The notes beneath the pieces are model-generated. The model searched no databases and was not told the origin of the DNA. It saw only the letters and a program-made list of their open reading frames with translations. A stretch of 64,000 nt of DNA from IMG/VR virus record IMGVR_UViG_3300021599_002733. The stretch is one strand, 5' to 3'. The stretch is from a virus. The position numbers and the translations under genes are program-made. Of the stretch, positions 47,449-57,329 are shown piece after piece (the first letter of the stretch is position 1; each line of letters begins with the position of its first letter).

Positions 47449-48288
47449 TTAAAACGGCATATCATCATCTTCATCATCAAACAAAGCATCAAATTTGTCT
47501 ACTGGTTTTGCTGCTTGTTTTTTGGTAGATAAGCTGTAGTTTGATTTTGGTTCTTCTTGAAGTTCTGCTTCAACAGTTGCTGTTTCTTCAACCTCGTTTG
47601 CAACATCTTCCTCTTCAGGATCCAAGAAATTCTGTAGGATTGATTTTAGATCTTCAAATGATTTTTTGAATTTCTCTTGCATATCCAAAATATTAGGTTG
47701 ATTGTCAAGCCAATATTCAATTTGCGAAGCATCATCTGATAGGGTAGAAGTTTTACGTTTTGGGCGAATAGATGATTTTAAAGCTTGGCGTCCACCAACA
47801 TCACCCATTACAGCCTCTAGTGTAAAGTCAAATCCTTCATTGATGTCTGTAAAGTCACCATAATCCTCATCTTCAGCTAGTGCTAAAAGTTGCATATATG
47901 TTTCTTTACCAAATTCCCATAAACGAACACCTTTGTCTTCTTCACCGCGAACGATAACAGGAGCAAAAATACGCATTTTAGGGTCTAATTTTTTGGCTAA
48001 TTGCCAATTGGTACGATCATTTGTACCACGTAGTTGCTTTGCAAATTCAACAATTGGATCTTTTTCACCCCAATTCGTTAATGCATAGATTGGAAATTTA
48101 GATAAACCATAGTGAAGGTGTACTTCTTTAAATGGGTTATTCTTGTCGAATTTTGATGGAACAATTCGAATTTGATACTTGCCTTCTGCTCTGGGCTTCC
48201 ACTGTGTTAAGGAATAATCAACCTTTTCTTTCTTTTGCCCGCTTGTTTGTAAGGCGTTGAGTTTGTTTTTAATCAGACTTAAATCCAT
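47449..48288 (-). CDS. single-stranded DNA-binding protein (gp32-like)
   Basis: WKP..G...IRIVP, DPI, GVRLWEFGK, GDFTD..EGFD, acidic DDDMPF tail. Confidence 0.85.
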   Translation of the reverse strand: MDLSLIKNKLNALQTSGQKKEKVDYSLTQWKPRAEGKYQIRIVPSKFDKNNPFKEVHLHYGLSKFPIYALTNWGEKDPIVEFAKQLRGTNDRTNWQLAKKLDPKMRIFAPVIVRGEEDKGVRLWEFGKETYMQLLALAEDEDYGDFTDINEGFDFTLEAVMGDVGGRQALKSSIRPKRKTSTLSDDASQIEYWLDNQPNILDMQEKFKKSFEDLKSILQNFLDPEEEDVANEVEETATVEAELQEEPKSNYSLSTKKQAAKPVDKFDALFDDEDDDMPF

Positions 48289-48314
48289 ATAACTTGTTTT
48301 TATTAATTACAACT

Positions 48315-48345
48315 TAAATATAATAACCTTTATTTAATACTCCAA
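48315..48345 (-). promoter_or_regulatory. promoter TTG-N20-TATATTTA
   Basis: Exact spacing upstream of ssb. Confidence 0.6.
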
Positions 48346-48346
48346 A

Positions 48347-48808
48347 TTAGAGTTCAACTATCCTGAAGATTTTTGTGTTTAATTGCTTGATCTCATTATG
48401 TTGAGTTAGCAATATACAATTTTTGTAATGTTGCCAATTTATGGCAAATCTTGTGTCAACTACTCCACCGTTTAAACTTTTGATAAGTTCGTTTAGAGCG
48501 TTAATTGTATAAAGGGAGTTTGTTTCTTTTTTTCTATGTACTAGAATAGTATTTTCTGGGATTCCATCAACATTTCCTTGATCAACATTGTAAGTGATAG
48601 CATATTCATTATTGCTTTTGACATGCAATACAAACATTTTATTATATAATATATCGTACTTCTTGGTTAACTCAGAAACTAAGGTATCTAACCCCTCAAG
48701 TGGTGTAAAAGTACAGAACAGTCTATTATTCATTGAAAAGAGATCAATTGTATCAAAATCATACTGGTGATACATATCGGTAGGGGGTTCCAAAATTGAG
48801 TTGTACAT
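48347..48808 (-). CDS. conserved phage hypothetical protein
   Basis: LFCTF, TYN, ILVHRKKETNSLYTINALN. Confidence 0.65.
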   Translation of the reverse strand: MYNSILEPPTDMYHQYDFDTIDLFSMNNRLFCTFTPLEGLDTLVSELTKKYDILYNKMFVLHVKSNNEYAITYNVDQGNVDGIPENTILVHRKKETNSLYTINALNELIKSLNGGVVDTRFAINWQHYKNCILLTQHNEIKQLNTKIFRIVEL

Positions 48809-48814
48809 AACTGT

Positions 48815-48859
48815 TTAATTAAAATTGTAAGTGTTTCCTTTTTTAAATTTGACTTGTAA
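48815..48859 (-). pseudogene. relic 3' end of polA gene (LQVKFKKGNTYNFN*)
   Basis: Matches current PolA C-terminus LQVKLKKGTNYHNIS* on the far side of the HNH gene. Confidence 0.8.
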
Positions 48860-48880
48860 TTGAATTATACACAATATTTT

Positions 48881-49627
48881 TTATATTTCCAAATTAGGAT
48901 CATAAATTTCTTTTTTTCCTATATTTCTATTTCCTCTTAGAGTATCTCCAAATTGTTGAGATATTTCTGTTGTTTTCCATAACGGAAAAAGATTTTCTAA
49001 ACTCCAACATTCTTTAATTTCTTCAACATTCAAAACATCAAATAGATTTTGTGGTTTAATATGATGAATTTCCCAAACATTTCCAAAATTATCCCAACAC
49101 ATTCCGTTCCTGAATTTGTTTTCTATATGGGATTGGAGTTGATCAAATGTATAGGAAATTATTTTGGAAAAAGATAAATTTTTGTTTTTTCCTTTATCTT
49201 TAAAAAATAAATGGAAATTTGCTTTCATAACAGTTTGTAACTTAAATTGAATGTTATTTTTATATTTTATCTTCCAATTTAATTTTCTTTTTTCTTTTAC
49301 ATTATCTTGTTTAGAATAAATTAACAATCGTTCTTTATTATCTTGATAGTATTTTTCCCAATACCCATTTTCCTTGTACTTTTTATTGAATTTATCTCTT
49401 TGGATCTGATATTTTTCTGGGTTGTTTTGTTTCCATATTTTATGTCGTTCTGTTTCTTTTTTAGTATAATATTGTTGGTTTTTTAAATATGACTGTTTTA
49501 CACTAATTTTTACACATATCTTACATCTTTTATTAAAACCATCTTCTGTGTTTTTATTTTTATTAAAATTACATAAAGGTTGGGGGGTTTCTTTTAAATG
49601 GCATTTTGGGTTATTACATACTTTCAT
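48881..49627 (-). mobile_element. free-standing HNH homing endonuclease
   Basis: N-terminal Cys knuckle, charged helical repeats, M.WDN.G..WEIHHIKP...C..L.NL.PLW; start at MKVCNN. Confidence 0.85.
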
Positions 49628-49645
49628 TTTATCATAAATATTGAA

Positions 49646-49663
49646 AGTCTCCAAGTTTTGTAA
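49646..49663 (-). promoter_or_regulatory. putative operator / target mimic TTACAAAACTTGGAGACT abutting late motif
   Basis: Synonymous variant of polA codons LQNLET at 49873-49890. Confidence 0.6.
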
Positions 49664-49668
49664 ATTTT

Positions 49669-50931
49669 CTATGAAATATTATGATAATTTGTGCCTTTTT
49701 TGAGTTTAACTTGTAATTTGTTTTTTTTAAATACTTTTAATATTTCTTTTAAAATATCTTTTTCACTTTTATCTACGTCAAATAAAAAAGAATCATAGAC
49801 ATACAAGATCAACTTTGTATTTTTTCCTCTAAGTAATTTTAAAATATCCCACAATATTAATATGTTCTGGGAAGTTTCTAGGTTTTGAAGTAAGTAATTT
49901 AATAACTTTTGTGGATTCATATCCTCCAACTGGTCTCTTTTATATATGTGTTTTGAAATTGGACATTCAATGTATCCTTGATAGTTAAAGGTATCCCACA
50001 AATCATCTGTGTATGATTGCATTTTCTTAAAAAATTCAAGGTGTTCATATTCTTTCCAAACACCACCATACATTTGTTTAAATGTTATTTCTTTAGACTT
50101 GGCGTAATCCACTCCATACATTTCAGCAAAACTTTGATGAATATCATCGCTAGAAAAAGTATAATCAAGTAAATTGGCCAAAAGAGTAGGATGATAAGCG
50201 CTAATATCCATTTCAAGGAAAAAATCATTACGCGGGATGAAACATTTTCTTTCTCCATTGTCTTTGTTTAATGCTGCAAAATTTATACCCCCAAATTTAT
50301 TGGAAGGGCGAGTTGTTGTTGTACTTAAATTATATTGGGTGTATATATAACCTCCATTATTTTTGTTAAAATATTCCTCAAATAAAGGAACATTTACTTT
50401 TATTCCATTGCGCTCTATAGCGTTAAATACAATAGTTGTTTTATCGTTATAGAATTTGTTTGGTTGTATATCAAAGTATTCTTTTAATGTATCAAAATGT
50501 CTTTCACAAACTTCATAATGTTTAACAATAGGAACAATTATGTTTATATTTTTTTGCTCTGGGTATTTGGAGTAAAAGAATGAATGTGTTGTAGTTGTTT
50601 CTTTTTCAAATTTAGGGTGTAGTAGGGTAAGGGAAACTATAGTTGGGTGGTAAAAGTAGTGTAAAAATTCCTTTTTATCTATCACATATATTTTCTCTAT
50701 ACTATATAATAGTTCTTGAACTAAATTAAAATCAACGCGAAACGTTTCGCTATGATGAACAGTCACCATATGCCCCTTACTTCCATCTACCGGTTTAATA
50801 TACACGGTAGATACGCTGTTTTCGGTTGGGTGGATGGTAGGTGAGAAAGGAATTACTTCAACATATGCTTCCTTTATTTTTATTGTGGAGAGTATGTCTA
50901 TTTTTTCCTTATCTTCTATCAACCAGTACAT
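49669..50931 (-). CDS. compact DNA polymerase family A
   Basis: IERNGI, TTTTRPS, CFIP, DISAYH (motif A), KEITF..MYG (motif B), NY.LQ, VYDS (motif C). Confidence 0.8.
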   Translation of the reverse strand: MYWLIEDKEKIDILSTIKIKEAYVEVIPFSPTIHPTENSVSTVYIKPVDGSKGHMVTVHHSETFRVDFNLVQELLYSIEKIYVIDKKEFLHYFYHPTIVSLTLLHPKFEKETTTTHSFFYSKYPEQKNINIIVPIVKHYEVCERHFDTLKEYFDIQPNKFYNDKTTIVFNAIERNGIKVNVPLFEEYFNKNNGGYIYTQYNLSTTTTRPSNKFGGINFAALNKDNGERKCFIPRNDFFLEMDISAYHPTLLANLLDYTFSSDDIHQSFAEMYGVDYAKSKEITFKQMYGGVWKEYEHLEFFKKMQSYTDDLWDTFNYQGYIECPISKHIYKRDQLEDMNPQKLLNYLLQNLETSQNILILWDILKLLRGKNTKLILYVYDSFLFDVDKSEKDILKEILKVFKKNKLQVKLKKGTNYHNIS

Positions 50932-50955
50932 GGGATGTAAGATACAAAAAGTATT

Positions 50956-51555
50956 TTACTCTCCCACATAGTATTTTGAAAAATCTTCTTTAAAGTACTG
51001 TGAAAAACCATACCACTTTTGTTTTTGCTCAATTAACGAGATCAAATTTTTATTAGTGTTATATACTTTTTCTCTATCCCCTTTTATATACCATAAAGTA
51101 TCCAATGGGGTGTATAAATCCCAGGCTATTTGTGATGATTTAGCTTTTAATTGAGAATATGTTGGTTGGTTAATTTCTACATATATCAATTCGTTGTTTT
51201 TCTTACAGAAGAAACGTTGAAATACTCCCAAGGATATATCTTTTTGGGTAGGTGTTGTTGGATTATATTGAGGTAATGATCTATTTGGGAGGGAGTTTGA
51301 TATAGATTCATTAAGAGAATATATTATTGGAGATGTTAAGTCTGTGGTTGGTGGGGTTGGTGGGGTTATGGATTGAATTGAGTTTTGAACAATTAAAAGT
51401 ATATTCTGTCCGTCTTGTGGTGTTTTACCTGTGTATTTTCTTCCATTAGATATTTCATAGTAATATCCTTTATATTCTTCCTTTGTGGTGGATAGAATAT
51501 ATTCATTACCATTGGTAAATAAATTGGATTTTATTTGAGATTTTGGAAAGTACAT
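50956..51555 (-). CDS. hypothetical (probably tail-associated) protein
   Basis: End of baseplate operon; Y.GYY...G..YTGK.P, G.FQRFF.KK.N. Confidence 0.55.
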   Translation of the reverse strand: MYFPKSQIKSNLFTNGNEYILSTTKEEYKGYYYEISNGRKYTGKTPQDGQNILLIVQNSIQSITPPTPPTTDLTSPIIYSLNESISNSLPNRSLPQYNPTTPTQKDISLGVFQRFFCKKNNELIYVEINQPTYSQLKAKSSQIAWDLYTPLDTLWYIKGDREKVYNTNKNLISLIEQKQKWYGFSQYFKEDFSKYYVGE

Positions 51556-51564
51556 TTATATTTT

Positions 51565-52212
51565 TTAATTGCTATATATTTCATCTACTATGTCTATTAC
51601 CGATCTAGCATATCCTATTCGTATGTTTTGGGTAGCTTTATATGCTTGTGGATTTGCTTTTCTATTTAAATATGTACCCGGGACTTCAAATTTTTCTAGG
51701 ACATATATTGTGCTTTCTTCAATAGATTTACTGGTTGATAGTTTTTTTAGTACAGAGGGATAGGAGGATTTTAATTCATTCCCTAAGAACTGGAGTTGAA
51801 AGTTTAGATTAAATAGTATATTTGGGTTTTTATTTGCAGCATTTTCTAGTTTCCTTCTCCTAGATGATGTCCATTGAACTATACCTATTCCTCCACTTCC
51901 TCCTATATTTGGATTACTTTCAGCCGCTTTAGGATTAGCTTGAGATTCCCCTAATATATTCCCTAAAAATCCTATAGTTCCTTCTCTAGTTATCCCTAAT
52001 GATTTAAAATAGTATGCTATTTTTCTAATAGTATCTTTTTTAGAACTAAGAGTTATTTTTTCTGCTACAAACGATCTAACCTCTCCAATCAATCCCGAAA
52101 CACTATTTAATGGTGGGTTGTTGGTTGATTCAAGTGAAGAACCTAGGGATCTTGTTCCTTCATCTATTAACTTGTCTACTATAGCTTTTATTTCTTGATA
52201 CGATAATGGCAT
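51565..52212 (-). CDS. phage tail lysozyme domain protein
   Basis: GFLGNILGES, G.GIVQWT..RR, QL.F...EL, FEVP, R..YA. Confidence 0.8.
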   Translation of the reverse strand: MPLSYQEIKAIVDKLIDEGTRSLGSSLESTNNPPLNSVSGLIGEVRSFVAEKITLSSKKDTIRKIAYYFKSLGITREGTIGFLGNILGESQANPKAAESNPNIGGSGGIGIVQWTSSRRRKLENAANKNPNILFNLNFQLQFLGNELKSSYPSVLKKLSTSKSIEESTIYVLEKFEVPGTYLNRKANPQAYKATQNIRIGYARSVIDIVDEIYSN

Positions 52213-52214
52213 AA

Positions 52215-54779
52215 CTATTCGGATTTGGATATGGTTACTGTCTCTATTGTAGTTTCCCAATCACTGTCTGAGAGTTTATGGTTTACTCCTTTGATAATAA
52301 ATCGTAGGTTCTTTGGATAATTTCTTGGGAGAAATCTAGTGTTTACATTTACTTCATTATATATCTTAATTCCTGAAATCCCATCCATAGTTACACTAAG
52401 GTTAATTGGTATGAATCCGGATGTTGGGGATGCATAGGAACCACTTGTTTCTTCTTGGATTTTGGATTGACAATATTTGTAAAATTCTGTTACTAGTGTG
52501 ATGTTTTTGTCAATAATTTCATCGTTTATAGCAGCAACATCATCGCTAAAGTAGTCGTTTGCAACATCTTTTAAAGTATACCCAAAAGGGGATAAAACTT
52601 TTGTCCAAAATTCCTTAACATATAGTTCATTCGGTTCATCAACTGAGCCGGATATGGAAGTGGTTCTTGCATTTTTAGGTGGGACATATTTTTCTTTCCA
52701 TGGATCTTGTAAACCTTTATTCCATTTGGAAAACATTGTATTTTCTACCCCTTTTGTATAACCTCCAGCAGTGGAACCAATGGTGGCCATGTTGGCAAAA
52801 TCGTTTGTAATTTCTGTTTTAAGGTTAAAATTACGAACAAAATTAGATGCGTTTTTCTGGTCTGGGTTGTATCCGTATAGTTCTAGTTCGTATGTGGGGG
52901 TGTTTATTGGTTGGTAGCTTCCATCTATTATATAAATGGTGTTTGTATCCTCATCTAGTACTGGTTCTAGGTTGTTTACACCACCTAGTGCTTTGTTTAA
53001 AGCTATGCAAATTGAATTTAAAAAATCAAATAGGTTAACATTTCCTTTTTCATCCATATTCTCGTTCAAACTAGTAAGAATTTGAGCATGGCTAATATAA
53101 ATATTCATTGTCCATCCATATCCTTTATCTAAATTTTTCCATGGGATCAATGTAGGGAAATATTCTTTTTCACTAATTTTTTCTCCTCCATTCACTATAC
53201 AAACTCTAGGATCCAATGATACTTGATACGGGAAAATATACATTCTAGTTCCCCATTCATCCAAGTCAATATTTACCATAGGAACCTCATTCCCATAATT
53301 ATCTGAGTTGGCAATTGATGGGACAACATATTGTTGGAGGAATTGGAGAAGATGACCGAATCTCATGTAAAAACCTTGATCATTAATTGGACCATTTTCA
53401 TCATCCGTACCATTATTATAGTTTAAGTATACTACATCTTTATCACCTTGATCAGTATCAAAAGAATCTAATACAGGAAAAGTACGTAATATAACTTGAT
53501 AATCACCTGCTGACGTTCTTACTATAGTATAAACATTTGTAGTGGATGGAAAAAGTGCTGAGGGGGAACTTACTTCGGTTGGTGCTGGGTCAATATTTTG
53601 AGATGTAACCCATTCTATTGATTGTTCTTTTGTGTTAAATACAGGGGAATTAACTAAAACACCTCTATCAATTTTTATAGCTCCTTCAGGTTTTTTAACA
53701 AATACACCTCCAAGTTCGGGTATTTGATTATTTATTCGGATAAATACATCTCTTCTGTCACGTCTTTGTTTTGCTGTGTATCCATCAGAAGTATTGTTGA
53801 ATTTATCTACGTATAACTTTTGTAAAAATAGATATGCAGAAATCCAATTATCAGATGGAGATGGTGGGATTGCACCATCTTCTACTACTGCTGTATCTTC
53901 CTTATACAGAGCATATGTTTGAGATATAAAATTTGAAACATCTAGAGATGGTGCAATGTTTAGTTTTAAAGATTCTATAACATCTCCTAAACTAATTAAT
54001 TCCAAAGAAATATCATATGAACCATCTTGAGCAAATGACCAACTAAAGTTAACTACTTTGGATAATAGACCATCGTAATTGCCTTTTTTGTTTTTTCTAT
54101 ACCCCTCTATTACTGGAAGGAAACCAGAATATGAGCTGTTTTTCCATCTGTCTGAGAAAAATCCATATTCTTGGGCTTCTGTTAGAGTATAGGCCATTTT
54201 TTGAAGTTTACCATCTTCCTCTAAATATAAGCTATTTCCCCACTCTAGAAATACAGTGTATCCTAGGCGCAAATATAGAAGATCTATAATTTGGAATTGT
54301 TCGGGGCTATAACACTTAATATTTACCGTTGCTCGTTTTATAGAACCTCGGTTTAAACACTTTACCTCCACACTTGTAATACCAGGCATAGGAGCCAAAC
54401 CAAACTCACTCGGTTTAGTGGAAGCATTCACATTGTATGTTCCATTTTGTGCACCCCAAATATTACCGTCTGTGGAAGAACTCATGGTTCCTCTAGGATC
54501 TAATGAACCTGATAGAAGTGTTGAGGTACCGCTGAACAATACATGGTGTTTAGCTAAAGATTCCCATGCAAATCCACCACGTATTTCTTCTTCTTCTAAT
54601 CTTTCTGGGGTAACTCGAACGCTAGAGGCTAATTTTACCCATGCTGTTTTGGAGTTTAGATATGATAATTGTTCAAGGGTTCTAGAGGAACCATTTGTTC
54701 CCGAACCATGAGCTTCTTGTCTAGCTTTAATTTGATCTCTTACATATCCTCGGAGTTGTTCTCCTATAATTTTTCCCAT
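52215..54779 (-). CDS. baseplate hub / large baseplate protein
   Basis: PMPGITS...ATVNIKC...LYLRLG..VFLEWG; C-terminal L.VTMDGISG...FIIKGVNH...WETTIET. Confidence 0.65.
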   Translation of the reverse strand: MGKIIGEQLRGYVRDQIKARQEAHGSGTNGSSRTLEQLSYLNSKTAWVKLASSVRVTPERLEEEEIRGGFAWESLAKHHVLFSGTSTLLSGSLDPRGTMSSSTDGNIWGAQNGTYNVNASTKPSEFGLAPMPGITSVEVKCLNRGSIKRATVNIKCYSPEQFQIIDLLYLRLGYTVFLEWGNSLYLEEDGKLQKMAYTLTEAQEYGFFSDRWKNSSYSGFLPVIEGYRKNKKGNYDGLLSKVVNFSWSFAQDGSYDISLELISLGDVIESLKLNIAPSLDVSNFISQTYALYKEDTAVVEDGAIPPSPSDNWISAYLFLQKLYVDKFNNTSDGYTAKQRRDRRDVFIRINNQIPELGGVFVKKPEGAIKIDRGVLVNSPVFNTKEQSIEWVTSQNIDPAPTEVSSPSALFPSTTNVYTIVRTSAGDYQVILRTFPVLDSFDTDQGDKDVVYLNYNNGTDDENGPINDQGFYMRFGHLLQFLQQYVVPSIANSDNYGNEVPMVNIDLDEWGTRMYIFPYQVSLDPRVCIVNGGEKISEKEYFPTLIPWKNLDKGYGWTMNIYISHAQILTSLNENMDEKGNVNLFDFLNSICIALNKALGGVNNLEPVLDEDTNTIYIIDGSYQPINTPTYELELYGYNPDQKNASNFVRNFNLKTEITNDFANMATIGSTAGGYTKGVENTMFSKWNKGLQDPWKEKYVPPKNARTTSISGSVDEPNELYVKEFWTKVLSPFGYTLKDVANDYFSDDVAAINDEIIDKNITLVTEFYKYCQSKIQEETSGSYASPTSGFIPINLSVTMDGISGIKIYNEVNVNTRFLPRNYPKNLRFIIKGVNHKLSDSDWETTIETVTISKSE

Positions 54780-54786
54780 AACATTT

Positions 54787-55101
54787 TTATATTCCTCTAT
54801 TTAAACTATCATATTGCGATAATATGTTAGGTATTCTTTGTGGGGATGGTATTCTAATTTGATCCCCATAATTTGGAATTAATGAATCCGTTGGTTGAGT
54901 TGGGTTTGCTCTAGTTATAACCCACCATAAAGAAACATCTCCATAATATGTTAAAGCCAAAGTATCATACCTATCACCTCTTGTAGTATACACATAGATA
55001 TCTGAAAAGTCAAGGATAATTTCAGGGTATTTTACTGTAGTATATCTTCTTTGAGGGATTTCTACAGTTTGGGTAATTGGTATGTTTGAATAACGGGCCA
55101 T
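54787..55101 (-). CDS. LysM-like baseplate wedge protein (gp53-like)
   Basis: GDRYDTLA..YYGD..LWWVI..AN...QIRIP. Confidence 0.8.
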   Translation of the reverse strand: MARYSNIPITQTVEIPQRRYTTVKYPEIILDFSDIYVYTTRGDRYDTLALTYYGDVSLWWVITRANPTQPTDSLIPNYGDQIRIPSPQRIPNILSQYDSLNRGI

Positions 55102-55102
55102 A

Positions 55103-57070
55103 TTATTGGTTTATAAATGTATGTTGAGTTCCATCCCATAGTATTTCTGGTCTGAAGTTATGGATTGGGGTAAATTTAATACCTGTTACCTTAATATACA
55201 TTGGCAATTGTCTTCCTGGGGTAATTTCCCAAGGTGATTCATCCATTACCTCGTATGTTAAACCATCCATGATACCAACTTGATTTGAAATGTAATTTCC
55301 TACAGTTAATTGATGTAAATTTCCAGCCATATATCCGTATGTAGTATACGTAGGGGCTAATGATGCAGCAAGTAAATTTAATTGTCTATACATTACATCC
55401 AAGTTATCAGATGAATCTGCCACTATTGTAAAGCCCAAAGATATACTCCTATCGAATGAATTGTATTTGTAGAATTTTTCACCGCGACCCATATATGTTT
55501 GGCTTTTCCAATCTGAATTGTATGAATCTGAAAAATTGTCTATATATGCTCTGAATTTTAATGGTTTAGGGTTATTTGTTGGGTTACCAGGGTTTAAAAT
55601 TTCAAAACGAAAATCAATTAAATCGTTTTTTGATTCAATTGAATTGGAAGTACGTTTGTTTGCGGATGAATAATATATATTATCTACTGTAGTTACAGTT
55701 TCATAATCTGTAGAGTCTGTTATATAATCGTATGATCCAGTATAGTCAATAAATCCTCTTTTTCTTCGGCTAGCTAATCTAAAATCACCTGCTATTCCTC
55801 TCCCTCCTTCTCTTGGTGGGTTTTGTTGAAAAGTATATGTGTTTGTAATAGGGTCTACATATGAACCAGCATTTTTATTTAAATTAGCTAAATATCCTTT
55901 ATTATTGTCATTAAAAAGGGAGGATATTTCAGTATTGTTTAAACCATTAACATCAGCATCAGGGTCAATAGCCAATGAAGATAATGAATTGTATTCTGGG
56001 ATTATTCCATTATATGTAGAAGTAGCTCTCCAGGTATTTCCTGTAAGGAAGGTTGAGTCTGAGAGTAATTCCCGTCCAAAAAATCTAAGTTTTTGTTGGA
56101 TTTGTGATTTATAAGTAGTTTCAGATTGTTCTGTTTGGTGTTTTAAACTGTTTCCAATTTGATATCCATTACTTCCACTCAAAGTTAACCCTTTTGTGTC
56201 TTTGCTTAAAGTTGAAAATGGGAATGTGTAATTATATAAAGATGTAAAAGTACCATCTTCTGTAATTCCTATTTGAGAGTCATCTAATCCTTGTTTTTTA
56301 CTAGCCCCTAAACCATATGTAATCTTATCATTATAAATAATACTATCGCTATTTGGTCTGGTTAAACCACCAGTATAAAAATATTTTTTATTGGTGGAAG
56401 ATAATGGATTGTTTACACCTGTTCTTTGATCAGCATGTCTAATATGAGTTCTACCAACACCTAAAACAGATCCAGGTCCTCCACCGTAAGTAATAACATC
56501 ATTACCTTGATTTAGATCATATCCTTTTACTCCATTAAAATTTTTAAGAGAATATAGAGATAAATTTACTAATTTATTTTTTTCGGAAGGTTGATCAAAC
56601 GTAACAATATCATTGTATTTGTTTATGCTTAACCCAGGCAACAACCCAGTTGGGTCAATACCTTGTTTATTTAAATGTATACCCGCGAATCCAACTCCAG
56701 CTTGCGCTAATGTGGATAATGGTGTATAAACACCTTCATTCAACGCTCCACCGGCATATCCTATACCTTTGGAAGCTTCGGTTTTTGGAGCTGTACGGGA
56801 TAGGAGGTTTTGTTTGGCTGTGAAAAGTAAACCACTAGGTGATTTCAAATCAAACATGTATTTGGTTAACCTAACAACATCTTGTGCAGCATCAATTGGA
56901 GCATTCAACCCACCACGCAATAAAAAATCTTTTGATTCTGGTAGTGGGTTATTCAGTATTGGGTCTTGAATATATGGTTGTCCGCTATCCCCACCTCCAG
57001 GTCTGTCGTTTCCAAACTTGAGAGATTTCAGTGCGGTATCACCGTTCTGTAATTTAATTAAAAGACCCAT
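55103..57070 (-). CDS. baseplate / tail tube initiator protein
   Basis: C-terminal FRAYI..FSD...W....YMGRGE....Y..F.RSISL.F domain; between TMP and LysM. Confidence 0.65.
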   Translation of the reverse strand: MGLLIKLQNGDTALKSLKFGNDRPGGGDSGQPYIQDPILNNPLPESKDFLLRGGLNAPIDAAQDVVRLTKYMFDLKSPSGLLFTAKQNLLSRTAPKTEASKGIGYAGGALNEGVYTPLSTLAQAGVGFAGIHLNKQGIDPTGLLPGLSINKYNDIVTFDQPSEKNKLVNLSLYSLKNFNGVKGYDLNQGNDVITYGGGPGSVLGVGRTHIRHADQRTGVNNPLSSTNKKYFYTGGLTRPNSDSIIYNDKITYGLGASKKQGLDDSQIGITEDGTFTSLYNYTFPFSTLSKDTKGLTLSGSNGYQIGNSLKHQTEQSETTYKSQIQQKLRFFGRELLSDSTFLTGNTWRATSTYNGIIPEYNSLSSLAIDPDADVNGLNNTEISSLFNDNNKGYLANLNKNAGSYVDPITNTYTFQQNPPREGGRGIAGDFRLASRRKRGFIDYTGSYDYITDSTDYETVTTVDNIYYSSANKRTSNSIESKNDLIDFRFEILNPGNPTNNPKPLKFRAYIDNFSDSYNSDWKSQTYMGRGEKFYKYNSFDRSISLGFTIVADSSDNLDVMYRQLNLLAASLAPTYTTYGYMAGNLHQLTVGNYISNQVGIMDGLTYEVMDESPWEITPGRQLPMYIKVTGIKFTPIHNFRPEILWDGTQHTFINQ

Positions 57071-57083
57071 ATATAAAACTTAA

Positions 57084-57299
57084 TTATTCAGGTAAGTTAT
57101 CCAAATATTTTGGTGGAGTCACGCCATTCAAATCTAATTGTGATGGGGTTGGAAATCCTGTCATGTTTGGGTTACCATTAATTGAATATTGATAGTGTAA
57201 AGTTGAACCTTGCACATCAATGTTTGCTGGTGGTGGAGTTGCCCCATCAAAATCAGTTAACTGTGATCCGTCTGTTGTAAGTTTGTTTAATAGTCCCAT
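57084..57299 (-). CDS. small late virion protein
   Basis: SQLDLNG.TP.KY.DNLP; late motif 57314-57322. Confidence 0.6.
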   Translation of the reverse strand: MGLLNKLTTDGSQLTDFDGATPPPANIDVQGSTLHYQYSINGNPNMTGFPTPSQLDLNGVTPPKYLDNLPE

Positions 57300-57329
57300 G
57301 GTTGTTTATTTTATTATAAATATTAAATA

